The position numbers and the translations under genes were made by a program. The notes beneath the pieces were generated by a model, which searched no databases, was not told the origin of the DNA, and saw only the letters and a program-made list of their open reading frames with translations. From the NCBI RefSeq assembly GCF_006345805.1, contig NC_043011.1, positions 12,908,464-12,972,463 on the forward strand: a stretch of 64,000 nt of DNA. Direction: 5' to 3'. Positions 39,699 to 52,259 of this stretch are shown here, piece by piece (position 1 is the first letter of the stretch; every line of letters starts with the position of its first letter). This DNA comes from Octopus sinensis. Its lineage: Eukaryota.

Positions 39699-39869
39699 GG
39701 CGTAACTTCGGTATAAGTACCGGAAGTACCGGATACATTTCAAGAAAGTGTTTTTTTTTTATATACGGGGGCTAGGGTTAGGGTTAGGGTTAGAGGTGGA
39801 AGAAAAGGGTTTCTGTTATCTTCAGAAATGTAAACAAAGTCACTTGTGTACCTATACCGAAGGATCGCC
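39699..39869. mobile_element. Merlin-like MITE family G
   Basis: 22-bp imperfect TIR ggcgtaacttcggtataagtac / gtacctataccgaaggatcgcc; TSD aaaaaaaa; internal TTAGGG run; second copy at 51403. Confidence 0.75.
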
Positions 39870-40674
39870 AAAAAAAATTCCGCCTTTAAATATTTAAATT
39901 CTAAACAAAACACTAAGGACAAATCAGCGTAGAGGGGACAACACATCTGCATTGACTTTATTGTCCAAAACATTTCAATCGTGGCGGTATTAGGGTTATT
40001 TCCCTTATTTGTAGTTTTTAGATTTTAAAGACACCTGAAGGTAGATTTGGTCTACTAATTAATTGGATGAATTCAGTTAATTAAAGTATTTCAATTAACT
40101 ACAATACACAAGTGAGACCTTACCGTATGTGTACGTAGAATGGACAACACTCCGTCGAGGTGTTTTCCCTCGGTTAATTTGATGCCTGTTGGCAGTATTA
40201 TCAAACCGTAGCAAACAGGGCCTCAGTTTGTATACTGAATAATGAGAAGTTGCTTATGATAATGATGATGGTTTCTTACTTCTTTCTACTTTAATGTGTA
40301 ATTGTATATGAAAATCTGAATAGGTTCGTGGTAATTGGTATGTGTTAGCGGTGAAGGGGTACATAGAGGAACTAACTAGCACTGATCAAAATATAAAGGA
40401 GACGTTGGCGACAAAGGAAACCGCCTCTGTTTACAAATTATTTTCATTTATATCATGGCAACCATGGCCTGACTCCATCTATTATTTTGTCTGCTGATGA
40501 TGCAGTTACTTGCTACTGTACAATTTTGCATAACCAGTCATTTCAATAATAGTATAATTTTTTTTCTCTTTTCAGTCTCATTCTGGATAATTTTTTCTCC
40601 ATAATTTATTTGCTTTTATTCACATGTACCATTTAACATAGTAATCATTTCCTCTATTCTCTTTCGTCTTTACA

Positions 40675-40781
<107 letters not shown>

Positions 40782-41890
40782 CAAATTTCAATGTCTCTTT
40801 TTTCATTTTTTTCATATTTGTATTGATTCAGATTTTCTTTCCGTGTTACCTTGACGCTTTGTTCTCATTACCAACTTAATTTAACCAAACTATAATTTTA
40901 ATAAATGTACTTTAAATCTTAACGAAAATACCAAATCTGGCTTCTCTTCTTTTTTTTTTTATTATTATTATTAACCCTAAACTTTGAACATTGAGTATTC
41001 ACAGAGTTATAAATATAAGAACCTCCGACAATAGTAAGTTCATTTCACTCGTAATTAGACATTTGAAACTAAATTGTGATAAAGAGAGGAGGGAAAGATT
41101 CCACAACAAATAGATGTACTTCTAGGCGTGGGAGTAGCTTCATAACGAAGCTAAATGCCGCGTCAGAATTGACTGGTTTAAATTTCTGTACTCTTGAAGT
41201 AGACTCAGCCGATAGAAACTGAACTGCTGCCGTCTGTACTGTGCATCTTTTCTAAGTTAGTATAAATATAGTTTCAATAAAGCCTTTCTGATATTCAAAC
41301 CTATCTCTGGAGACTATTAAGTTGAGAATCATTACTTATTTCATTTATTTACGTATTAAAAAGAGAAACAACAGCGTGCCATCCGATATAATAAAGCTGG
41401 GCTACTTTTATATTGTATATTGCTTGATATTTAATAGAATATGATTCAAAAGTATTATCAATATAAACACGAGAAAGTTTTCCCGATGGAAGATTATTGT
41501 TGGTGGCTCTCTCCTTGGAGAATTTTGATACGAAGTATGGAATAAAATTATTGTTAACGTAGAAATAGATAAATGCATTCATTTGTTGATCGATCATACA
41601 AAAGATCAAAATGCAGATATCACGAAAGCTGCGCAGCTATCATCGACTAATCAATTAATCACAATTGGATCTCCCAAAAGCTTCGTATATTCTTCCAGAT
41701 AATTCCAGCCCTAATTCATTTTTATAATATCCAATAAATGATCAATTGTAAGTTGATGTGTTTAAAACTGCCAGGTATGCGGTCTGAAACAATTCTTGTT
41801 CCAATTTCGCAACTCAATCAACACTGAATCGGAATTAACTTTCTGACCGACAGTAATTAATGAGGTGAACGCACTTTTATATTCTATACG

Positions 41891-41922
41891 TGGAGGGGGA
41901 GGGGAACGGAAAGGAGGAAGAG

Positions 41923-41954
<32 letters not shown>

Positions 41955-42497
41955 AGAGGTGGAGGAAGAGGAGGCGGAAGAGGAAGAGGAGGTAGAGGAG
42001 TCGGAAGAGGAGGAAGAGGAGGAAGAGGAGGTAGAGGAGGTAGAGGAGGTAGAGGAGGAAGAGGAGGTAGAGGAGGAAGAGGAGGTAGAGGAGGAAGAGG
42101 AAGAGGAGGAAGAGGAGGTAGAGGAGGAAGAGGAAGAGGAGGAAGAGGAAGAGGAAGTGGAGGAAGAGGAGGTAGAGGAGGAAGAGGAAGAGGAGGAAGA
42201 GGAGGTAGAGGAGGAAGAGGAAGAGGAGGAAGAGGAGGTAGAGGAGGAGAGGAGGAAGAGGAGGTAGAGGAGAAAGAGGAAGAGGAGGTAGAGGAGGAAG
42301 AGGAGGTAGAGGAAGAGGAGGAGGAAGGGGAGGTAGAGGAAGAGGAGGAGGAAGAGGAAGAGGACGTAGAGGAGGAGGAAGGGGAAGAGGAGGTAGAGGA
42401 GGAAGAGAAGAGGAGGTAGAGGAAGAGGAGGAGGAGGAAGCGGAAGCGGAAGAGGAGGAGGAAGAGGAGTAGGAAGAGGAAAAGGAGGAGGAAGAGG

Positions 42498-42535
<38 letters not shown>

Positions 42536-43077
42536 TGGAGGAAGAGGAGGCGGAAGAGGAAGAGGAGGTAGAGGAGTCGGAAGAGGAGGAAGAGGAGGAA
42601 GAGGAGGTAGAGGAGGTAGAGGAGGTAGAGGAGGAGGAAGAGGAGGTAGAGGAGGAAGAGGAGGTAGAGGAGGAAGAGGAAGAGGAGGAAGAGGAGGTAG
42701 AGGAGGAAGAGGAAGAGGAGGAAGAGGAAGAGGAAGTGGAGGAAGAGGAGGTAGAGGAGGAAGAGGAAGAGGAGGAAGAGGAGGTAGAGGAGGAAGAGGA
42801 AGAGGAGGAAGAGGAGGTAGAGGAGGAAGAGGAGGAAGAGGAGGTAGAGGAGAAAGAGGAAGAGGAGGTAGAGGAGGAAGAGGAGGTAGAGGAAGAGGAG
42901 GAGGAAGGGGAGGTAGAGGAAGAGGAGGAGGAAGAGGAAGAGGACGTAGAGGAGGAGGAAGGGGAAGAGGAGGTAGAGGAGGAAGAGAAGAGGAGGTAGA
43001 GGAAGAGGAGGAGGAGGAAGCGGAAGCGGAAGAGGAGGAGGAAGAGGAGTAGGAAGAGGAAAAGGAGGAGGAAGAGG

Positions 43078-43115
<38 letters not shown>

Positions 43116-43658
43116 TGGAGGAAGAGGAGGCGGAAGAGGAAGAGGAGGTAGAGGAGTCGGAAGAGGAGGAAGAGGAGGAAGAGGAGGTAGAGGAGGTAGA
43201 GGAGGTAGAGGAGGAAGAGGAGGTAGAGGAGGAAGAGGAGGTAGAGGAGGAAGAGGAAGAGGAGGAAGAGGAGGTAGAGGAGGAAGAGGAAGAGGAGGAA
43301 GAGGAAGAGGAAGAGGAGGAAGAGGAGGAAGAGGAGGAAGAGGAAGAGGAGGAAGAGGAGGTAGAGGAGGAAGAGGAAGAGGAGGAAGAGGAGGTAGAGG
43401 AGGAAGAGGAGGAAGAGGAGGTAGAGGAGAAAGAGGAAGAGGAGGTAGAGGAGGAAGAGGAGGTAGAGGAAGAGGAGGAGGAAGGGGAGGTAGAGGAAGA
43501 GGAGGAGAAGAGGAAGAGGACGTAGAGGAGGAGGAAGGGGAAGAGGAGGTAGAGGAGAAGAGGAAGAGGAGGTAGAGGAAGAGGAGGAGGAGGAAGCGGA
43601 AGCGGAAGAGGAGGAGGAAGAGGAGTAGGAAGAGGAAAAGGAGGAGGAAGAGGAGGAG

Positions 43659-43690
<32 letters not shown>

Positions 43691-43752
43691 AGAGGAGGAG
43701 GAAGAGGAGGAAGAGGAGGAGGAAGAGGAGGAGGAAGAGGAGGAGGAAGAGA
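41891..43752 (+). repeat. 1.86-kb polypurine (GAG/GAA/GTA)n tract with ~580-bp higher-order repeat
   Basis: Almost exclusively G/A on the plus strand; the marker gtggaggaagaggaggcggaagagg recurs at 41959, 42535 and 43115. Confidence 0.9.
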
Positions 43753-44790
43753 TATTCGTTAGTTTTGTAAGACTATGGATCTCTACCTGGAAAGTCTTGC
43801 TTTGGTCTTGTTGGTAGAACAGAGTCAGCTGTGACGCTGGAAGCTTGCAAGTGAGTGAAAGAGTCAAGGCTTCAGTGATTGTATTCGAACGCGCTCTCTG
43901 TCTGGTTCATCACGGTGCTGTTTTCTGTCGATTTTTGCTTTTCTTCATCGGCTAGCCTCACTATCTCTTCTAGTCTTTTTAACCCTTGTCTAGTTCCAGT
44001 TTGCAGCGAAAGCGATCATAAATAATGTCCTCCCATCTCCCATCATTCTTGTACAGAGACTTCACTCTCCTGCAGACATCTTTGGAACGAGAATAGGATC
44101 GACCTTCTATTTTCTTGTTGCAGACCAATTCCTCATACAGCAGGTCCCTCGGCGTTCGCTTCGACCAAGCTGTGTATGAGGCTCACTCAGCGGCGATTTC
44201 GTCGTTACAGTAGGATAAGGAGGCTGAGTAACTGCGTGCAGACAAGGACTTTGCTGTTGATAACTCGGTCAGACCACATAATGTCCAGGTTCCTTCTTAG
44301 CCTGCATGAGTAGGAGGCTTTGAGATGCCTGTCGTGTCTGGAATACATGCTGTAAAGCAGTGTCTTCAGAAAGCAATATCTGCAGACTGCAACTTTCTTG
44401 GGCACTGTTAACTCATTGTTTTTCTAGACACTCACGGTCAGCCTAGTTACTGTTGAGGCAGCTCTTCTAATCTCTAGAGAGATTGTCCGTTATAGTGAAG
44501 CTGAGATGTGTAAACTAATGGACTACCTCCACCTCGCAAGTGTTGGTTGTAATGGTAGAGGAGTGCTCAACACTTTAGCCCAACATTTTCATCTTCTTCA
44601 AACTGATGATGGATCCAAAGACTTGGCAAACTCTTATGAGACTGTCTCTAGGGTGGCGCAGCAGCTGCTCCTTCAAGTGCTTTGCCAGTGCCGCTGTTTC
44701 TCTCTGATGTGTACGCGCACTTTGTATTCTGCCCGTCGGAATAGATTGAATGGTTTCCAGTTTCATCTAATGTTAAGTTAAATACTATAA
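43753..44790 (-). mobile_element. RTE-clade LINE 3' portion (degraded)
   Basis: AALAKHLKEQL...QVFGSIISLKKMK (cf. ALAAHSEE.LQ...FGLTISLKKT) and KVAVCRYCFLKTLLY...RLRRNLDIMWSDRVINSKVL; 3' end gatccatagtc...gaatatc abuts the (CCT/CTT)n tract. Confidence 0.8.
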
Positions 44791-45266
44791 GTTGTTGCTC
44801 GAAATGTGCACTCCAGCATGTCAGTGAAAAACAAAATGCTGAAAGATTCCTGGAAGATTCATCAATCAAAATGATATTTTCATATCTGAGTAGAATGACT
44901 GAACAATCTTGAATAACCTCGAAGTAACCCACTTTAACAGGCCATCTTTTGTTCAAGGACCGGCTTTTGTAATTGATGAAAGGGGGCTGGCCAGGTTGGA
45001 TCAGTCTCGAATATAAACAGCCGAAATTGAAAAGATAATCTGGAACTCGACTGAGGAAAGAAAACTCCGAATGACCTGTCTTTGTTTTCTTTGTATCGTC
45101 TATTTGGATGTTTTGTTGTCTCTTTCTTGTATCATCTAACTGTCTGGATATTTTGCGTTCTTGCCCCATTTTGTATTTTATATGTCTGTGTGTGTGTGTG
45201 TGTGTGTATACATAGCGGCGTATGTACACTTTGGTCTCATATATATATATATATACACATACATAT

Positions 45267-45394
45267 GAAAAATTGTATAAGGAGACAAAAGGTCAGGATG
45301 TTATTGAATCATTTATATCTTCATATCTTCTACATATAGAAGATATGAAGATATGAATAGCGTCCTGACCTTTTGTCTCCTTATACAAATTTTC
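45267..45394. repeat. 128-bp near-perfect palindrome
   Basis: Outer arms ttgtataaggagacaaaaggtcagga / tcctgaccttttgtctccttatacaa; inner 18-bp perfect arms 45315-45332 / 45337-45354 with a 4-nt loop. Confidence 0.85.
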
Positions 45395-45535
45395 CTATTT
45401 TCTCCTAAATACGATTTATTTATCCAGGAATCAAATCACACACAAGTGTGATCATTGTTTCCTGGGACACTTAAGCAGCATTTAGCTACCTTGTAATTAT
45501 TCCCGTGGGTCCTCCTATAAAAATGTACACCCATA

Positions 45536-45597
<62 letters not shown>

Positions 45598-45827
45598 AAA
45601 CAAGTCAGGATAGAAAATGCTAAAATAATTTTATAAACAACATTTCAGTACCGGTTTCAGTCATTGAGACTTTTTCAACTGTAACAATTAAATAATTAAA
45701 TTTAGAAAAATTAAAAGAGAAGTTTTTTTTAAAGAATATTTGTATAGTGTTCAAATACAAGTGGCACTTTCCTTGTTTCTGCCTGTCTCTGTCTCTCTTG
45801 TTTACTCTTGTGGGTTCGAGGTCGTTG

Positions 45828-45917
<90 letters not shown>

Positions 45918-45920
<3 letters not shown>

Positions 45921-46110
45921 TTGTTTCAGTCACTAGACTGTCACCATGCTGTGGCACCGCCTTGAAGAATTTGTAGATGAATGAATCGACCCCATTCCTA
46001 ATTTATTTTAAGCGGTGTGCTTATTCTATCGGTCTTTTCTGCCAAACCGCTTAGTTACGAGGACGTAAACATACCAAAACCGCTTGTCAATCGATGGCGG
46101 GGGACAAACA
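45918..46110 (-). mobile_element. SINE family B 3' half (diverged)
   Basis: Reverse match to the family B tail. Confidence 0.7.
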
Positions 46111-46194
46111 CACACACACACATACAATCACACACACACGCACGCACGCGCGCATATAGACAGACAGACAGATAGATAGATAGATAGATAAATA

Positions 46195-46266
46195 TGTTTC
46201 TTTATTAGCCACACAGGGCTGCACACAGATAGAACAAATTACAAGGTAGAGCTTTTCTTTTGAAGG

Positions 46267-46300
<34 letters not shown>

Positions 46301-47158
46301 AGGGGGAGGTTCGATCAAAAGGGATCGTAAAAGGAGAGAAAGAGGACAAAAATAAGGGGGGTTAAAAAAAAAAAAAAAAAAAAAAGGGGGGGGAGAGGAA
46401 AAAAAAATGATCAATAGGGATCGTTATCACAGAAATGTCAATATGAAGTGTAAAGGGGAGGACAGGTGAGGTTTACCCGTGGAAAGAAAAGCCTGCGGAA
46501 AAGACCACGGTAACCTCGGTCAATGAAGTCACATTTTATATTTCTTTTTTTTTTTTTTTTTTTTTTTGCAAATAAGCAACTCTCTGTTTTCGATTTCTGG
46601 GTTCATAGGACTATGCTCAAGGTGGCTTCGTCATTCATACGTGCCATTCTTGCTACATTCACCCATCTTTTTTTAAAACATTCGCTAGACAAAACTTGCC
46701 TCTCTACTCTCACTTTCCTTTTCAAGTGGTACTTGAAGAAGTTGATGAGAGATTGACCAGAGAGGAAAGTGTTTGTCTCCAATCCTTTCAGACGCGTCCA
46801 CCAGATACATTCTTTCGCCATAGCCACAAGGATGATGAAAATAGCTCTTCCTTCCCGTTTGAAGGAAGGAGGCGTGACAATATTGACGATAGACTCAGCT
46901 GATAAACCGACTCGTCCCACACGTGACAGCAGTTGTTCGACATAAGCCCACAGGTCGGAAATTGTTGGACACTGAACGAGTGCGTGCAGAACGGTTTCGT
47001 CGCTCTGACCGCATCTCGGGCAGGTCGGCCCCGTGTTTCTCGAGCCGTGTCTGTAGAGCTTATCCCGAACGGGTAGCGCTTCTCGGTAGCACTGCCAGGC
47101 CAGGGATCTCTGGAAGTTGTCCATGGGCCCTGGCCCGAAAGTCGTCCCGAACAGGCGG
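46195..47158 (-). mobile_element. 5'-truncated Tx1/L1-clade LINE in a (GATA)n microsatellite
   Basis: Open ORF2 C-terminus with zf-RVT motif (LAWQCYREALPVRDKL...CPRCGQSDETVLHALVQC...LW), stop near 46603, 3' UTR ending ctaataaagaaaca; 16-bp TSD gatagatagataaata (46179-46194 / 47159-47174). Confidence 0.85.
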
Positions 47159-47248
47159 GATAGATAGATAAATAAATAGATAGATAGATAGATAGACAGA
47201 CAGACATACAGACAGACAGACAGACAGACAGGCAGGCAGGCAGGCAGG

Positions 47249-47282
<34 letters not shown>

Positions 47283-47316
47283 CACAGACACACAGGCAGG
47301 CAGGCAGGCAGGCAGG

Positions 47317-47354
<38 letters not shown>

Positions 47355-47379
47355 CACAGACACAGACACACAGACAGAC

Positions 47380-47459
<80 letters not shown>

Positions 47460-47884
47460 ATGCATCGCTACGCGCGTTTCCACACGTTTGTTATGATCGA
47501 CCTTAATCACAACAGGTATCCGCTCAATAAATTCAGGTGTAGTAGAGTCAATAAGTATAGTTTTCATATAGTATAGGCGAAACCATTATACTACTAACAT
47601 TAAGTATTGGTTCATGACCATGTTAAGATTTGAATGTCTTCAGTAACTGCGTCTCGAGTTTCATCATGAAGATATTAGCGAAATTAATTGTCATGGGTGG
47701 GGGGCTACCCATGGTGCAACCCCTTGTCTGGTGGTAAGATTTTTGTTTTAACTTCAATGTGTTACAAAGTAACACAAATCTCAGTAACTTACAGAGAAAA
47801 TTAGATGGAATAACTTTTGTTTGACCGTTTTTCGATAAATACACACACACACACGCACGCACGCGCGCATATAGACAGACAGAC

Positions 47885-47962
<78 letters not shown>

Positions 47963-47967
47963 CTAAA

Positions 47968-48006
<39 letters not shown>

Positions 48007-48800
48007 GCAGGCAGGCAGGCAGGCAGACAGACAGACACACAGACACACAGACAGGCATACTTCCACCCCTTCATCGTGGTCAGTATTAGGATATGGAGAA
48101 GAGGCATCCATGGTTACCAAAGAACAGTTTTCGACATTGCTTTGGTACTTAGAAAAGTTGTTGATTTTAGACACAAAATCAAAAGTATCCCGATCTTTTT
48201 ACGACTTTTTACGATTAGAAAGCTATCCAGCCACTCGGAAATTTTGGTTGTACAACATTTGTATCTACTGGAAATTGGGCACAGTGGGGGGAATTTTTCG
48301 AACATTTTATGTATTTTAGGAAGACAATAAAATATAGGTGCTCTTCCTTCTGACCGTAAAATCCTGGATTCAGCCATATTTATAAAAATGTTTTCCTCCA
48401 TTTCTAGAATTATTTTCTCAAGTTCCTCTCTGTAATTGGGGTTTGGATCGACAGGTAATTCTTCATATGAAGTTTTGTCATTTAGAACTTCTTCACAAGC
48501 CGAAATATACTAACTCTTGTCCATAATTATAATAGCACCTCCCTTATCCGCCATTTTGATAACAATAGAATCATTATTATCAAGACGATGCGGTGCGTAA
48601 CGCTGAGAATTTGTGAGGTTATTCCATGACCTCTTTCCTTAATGCCTGTCTGACAAGATTCGAGAAATTCCAGTAGTGCATGTGAACGTCCATCCCGAAC
48701 TTTGTCTGGATACCAAATGGGATTCTTTTCAATCCAATTGTGCCAGATTCGATCAGTATCACTTTTCATTTTGAACTTAACAAAGACAGGCAAGATGTCA
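47460..48800 (-). pseudogene. Penelope-like element RT remnant
   Basis: KXDKGGAIIIMDK..YI...L.D..SYEEL..DP, PIFYCLPKIHK..PPLCPISS...TTKISEWLD, VTMDASSPYPN, HQTRGCTMGSP...FANIFMMKLE; interrupted by a microsatellite at 47841-48055; half-HHR gaaacgcgcgta at 47469-47480. Confidence 0.85.
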
Positions 48801-49596
48801 AAATATCAGGATAAACAGTGCGGTATTTATCTTGATAGGTGGGAGCCCCGTTAGAATTTTCTTCAAGCCGAGAAGCTCATCCCGCTCAAAAGGTTCCTGA
48901 ATAAGGTTTGTTTAAGGATGATGAACAAAACACTTATGTTTACAATTATAGTTATTATTGTTGTTGTTGTTGTTACAATGCGAAGAGCGCGATGCGATTG
49001 CAATAGATATTTTATTGACTTGAATGGTATTTCGATAGCTTGCCTGTATTTGTCGGCTTCAAAATGAAATGTGATACATAGAAATTCAAAGTTATAGAAA
49101 TTCAAATTCAAAATTTGAACGAGGAGATATGCGTTCTCACTTTGATGGAATGGCATTTTGAATCATCATTATTATTGTGGTTGCTGTTACTGCTGTTGTC
49201 TCGTTATGGTGAATAGACGTCGCTCTAAATTAGGTGTAATTAGTAAGATAATTTTAAAAACTGACTTACTAAAAATTTGTTGAACTGGTAAGTTATTTAT
49301 GAAAATTTTTAAATGTATCTTAGCATGAGTGCTTTTCATTGAAAGCAATATGGAAGATTGTGCCATGTTATATTTCTTTAATATTTTTCTGGTTTTTGTT
49401 TTTGTTTTTCACGTTACCTGGTATTATTAGTTGAAGTACAATCAGCAACCTTATTAATTTTTGTCAAAAAGTTATTAATAGTTAATACTCTACCTGCAAT
49501 TATTAAATTCAATGTTCATATCAAATCTTTTCTTATTGATTCTATAATTACTAATATTAGTTTTCTTTACCATTTTTACCAGTATTTATACTGTTA

Positions 49597-49956
49597 CTAG
49601 CACTATGACCCGGCAACGCTAGTGCATGCATATACAGCGTTCGCACATACACGCGAGTAATGTCCAAATCTCCGACCAATCACATACAGCTAGCTGGCAT
49701 TCAATTGGCGTATCAAGTTTCGGGCATTTTGATTGGGTTTTGGATAGAAAATTCACAAAAAAGTTACTTCTATTGGTTTTTTAATAGCTTTGCAGGATGA
49801 CTGGGGAAATGTAAAGATGTACACGACCATCTTTGGACGGTTTTGAATAGCCATAGAAAGTGCGAGCTCTCTAATCGCCATAGAAAGTGCGAGCTCTCTA
49901 ATCGAAAAATTGTGGATTTGTATAAAGGACACACACACAGACATTTTGCCGAGAGA
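49597..49956 (-). mobile_element. Non-autonomous Helitron family E (hairpin arm deleted, short internal tandem duplication)
   Basis: Match to 17675-18038; ccatagaaagtgcgagctctctaatcg is repeated twice. Confidence 0.75.
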
Positions 49957-50240
49957 TTATAGTTATTACTGTTGTTGTTATGAGCACGTGATGCTATTTG
50001 GGCTTTACATTATTTAATACTTAGAAGCATTAATAACATACTCTATGTTACTAATACTTTGTTTATTATTTATTGAAACGATAACTTATTTGGTACAGTG
50101 TCATTTTGAATATAAAACAAAGTTAAAAAGTAGATATTATAAAAAAGATACGTTTTTGTGTGTGTGAGTGAGAATGTGTGTGCGTGTGCATGTGCGTGCG
50201 TGTGTGTATGTGTGTAAAGTACAATTTTATATATATAATG

Positions 50241-50420
50241 ATCGTTAGCCACAACACACATTTTTTTCTCTCTTTGTTTTTTCTGTGTCCCTTTCTGTAG
50301 AAGAGCGTAGGCTCGAAACGTAGAAGACTTTTTTTTCCATTCCTGAGCGTTATACTAATACATTTGTTTGTTTTGTACACCACCTGTCTTCATCTTTTGT
50401 TTTTTTCGTAAACTCTCCCT
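50241..50420 (+). mobile_element. Short HHR-like element family K
   Basis: Homologous to 37981-38168; HHR-like motif at 50291-50326 (cttt/gaag stem I). Confidence 0.75.
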
Positions 50421-50718
50421 ATATATAATTTTAAATAAGGGCGCTGGAGTGACAACGCATGTATGCTTGAAATAAACGTCACACAACTACAAACCACTCA
50501 ATGTAACATTCCGTGAAATCCTAAGATGTAGGGTTGTCCACAATATTTTTATAAATCCTTTTTTTTTTTTTGTCTATTTTCCTTGTATACAGCCTTGTGA
50601 TAAACGGAGTGTTAACTTCAGTGGTTTGCTGTCCCTCCAGTGCCATTATTTATAATTTTACTTTAGATATCAATTTAACCTATATGTATTTTTTTTGTAC
50701 GCTAGGCACTGATAAATC

Positions 50719-51146
50719 GGATCTTTTCGGTTTGAACGGCAGTTTTTAACATAATTTCTAGGTAACTAAAAAATTTTAAACTTCGTATACTGGTAGAGTG
50801 TGTTAATAAAACATCTTTTTCTCTTGGCTTTATTGAGAAAATTCTATAGTTTGTAAGATATTTGTTGTTTTTTTCTTCAATTTCTGCAATTTCAACCAAT
50901 CACTGACGTCTATTGAGTTAAAAAAAACATTCTGTGCCGTATGAATATGTCCCTCGTTTAAGAAACAGATTGGGTTTATTTACATTTGTGAAGAAAAAAA
51001 GATACCCTTCCCACCACCCCTAACCCTAACTAACCCTAACCCTAAAACAGATTGAAATGCAATAGATCGATACTAGGGCCATAATTATGGGTGACAATTT
51101 CATATGACACCGCTAGAAAAAACTGCCGTTCAAACCGAAAAGATCC
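50719..51146. mobile_element. Merlin-like MITE family F (full)
   Basis: Perfect TIRs; TSD gataaatc (50711-50718 / 51147-51154); paralogous empty site with a single gataaatc at 51829-51836. Confidence 0.9.
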
Positions 51147-51402
51147 GATAAATCATTAATTAATGACTTTATCCTAATTATGAATAAATAAATATTTATT
51201 CACTCCACAAACATATTTATTGTGGTATTATACTGAGCAAATACCCACATGGCTGAAATGGACGATGGGTTTTTACTTCGCATATATGTATGAAATGTAT
51301 GTATATATTCATATTTGTACGAGTGTATCCCTATGGGTATGTATATGTATTTCTCATTTATTTACGGTCATTGTATCCCACTGAGTATTGTAAAGCAATT
51401 TT

Positions 51403-51571
51403 GGCGTAACTTCGGTATAAGTACCGGAAGTACCGGATACATTTCAAGAAAGTGTTTTTTTATATATATATATGGGGGATTAGGGTTCGGGTTAGGGATT
51501 GGAGAAAAGGGTTTCTGTTATCTTCAGAAATGTAAACAAAGCCACCTGTGTACTTATACCGAAGGATCGCC
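51403..51571. mobile_element. Merlin-like MITE family G
   Basis: TSD gcaatttt (51395-51402 / 51572-51579). Confidence 0.85.
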
Positions 51572-51885
51572 GCAATTTTTAATATTGCAAAATATGAAAT
51601 CTTAAGATGTAGGTTTGTCCACAATATTTTTATAAATCCGGTTTTTTTTTTCATTTTCCTCGCATACAGTTTTGTGATAAATGGAGTGTTAACTTAAATG
51701 GTTTGTAGTTGTTTGACGTCTATTTCAAGCGTACGGGTACTGTCCCTCCGGCGCCCTTATTATCATATATTTATAATTATACTTCAATTATTAATTTAAC
51801 ATATACGTTTTTTTCTACGCTGGGCACTGATAAATCATTAATTAATGGCTTTATGGTAATTATATATGAATGAGTGTGTGAGTAT

Positions 51886-52095
51886 GTGTGTGTGACCGCG
51901 TGTGTACCGTTGGCGATTTCTTTCCCTCTGTCTTCCCTTCTCTGGATCTTTCCTTCTCCTATGTTTCCGACGAAGAGCTCCGCTCGAAACGTTAAACCCT
52001 CCTTCTTTCCTTCTTTCCTGAGCGTCCAATAATACTATATTTGTTCCACGTCCTCGCGTTGTTGTATTTTTTGTGCTTTCTTGTTTGGATTAACT
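51886..52095 (+). mobile_element. Short HHR-bearing element family L
   Basis: Microsatellite-flanked; shares cctgagcgt and the core with family K; its 3' end gtttggattaact also occurs inverted at ~4388-4400. Confidence 0.65.
51963..51997 (+). ncRNA. Minimal type I HHR motif (U4C variant)
   Basis: gttt CCGACGA a gagc-tcc-gctc GAAA cg TT aaac; stem I co-varies with family K (cttt/aaag). Confidence 0.55.
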
Positions 52096-52107
52096 TTATA
52101 TATACAT

Positions 52108-52182
<75 letters not shown>

Positions 52183-52196
52183 GCATACATATATAT

Positions 52197-52259
<63 letters not shown>

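Noticed and set aside
41075-41343. Solo-LTR-like segment (TG...CA with TATA and AATAAA)
   Set aside because: No terminal inverted repeat, TSD or second copy.
41762-43867. 701-aa minus-strand ORF and the plus-strand poly-Glu / Gly-Arg ORFs
   Set aside because: Pure translations of the (GAG/GAA)n tract; no domain, splice or codon evidence.
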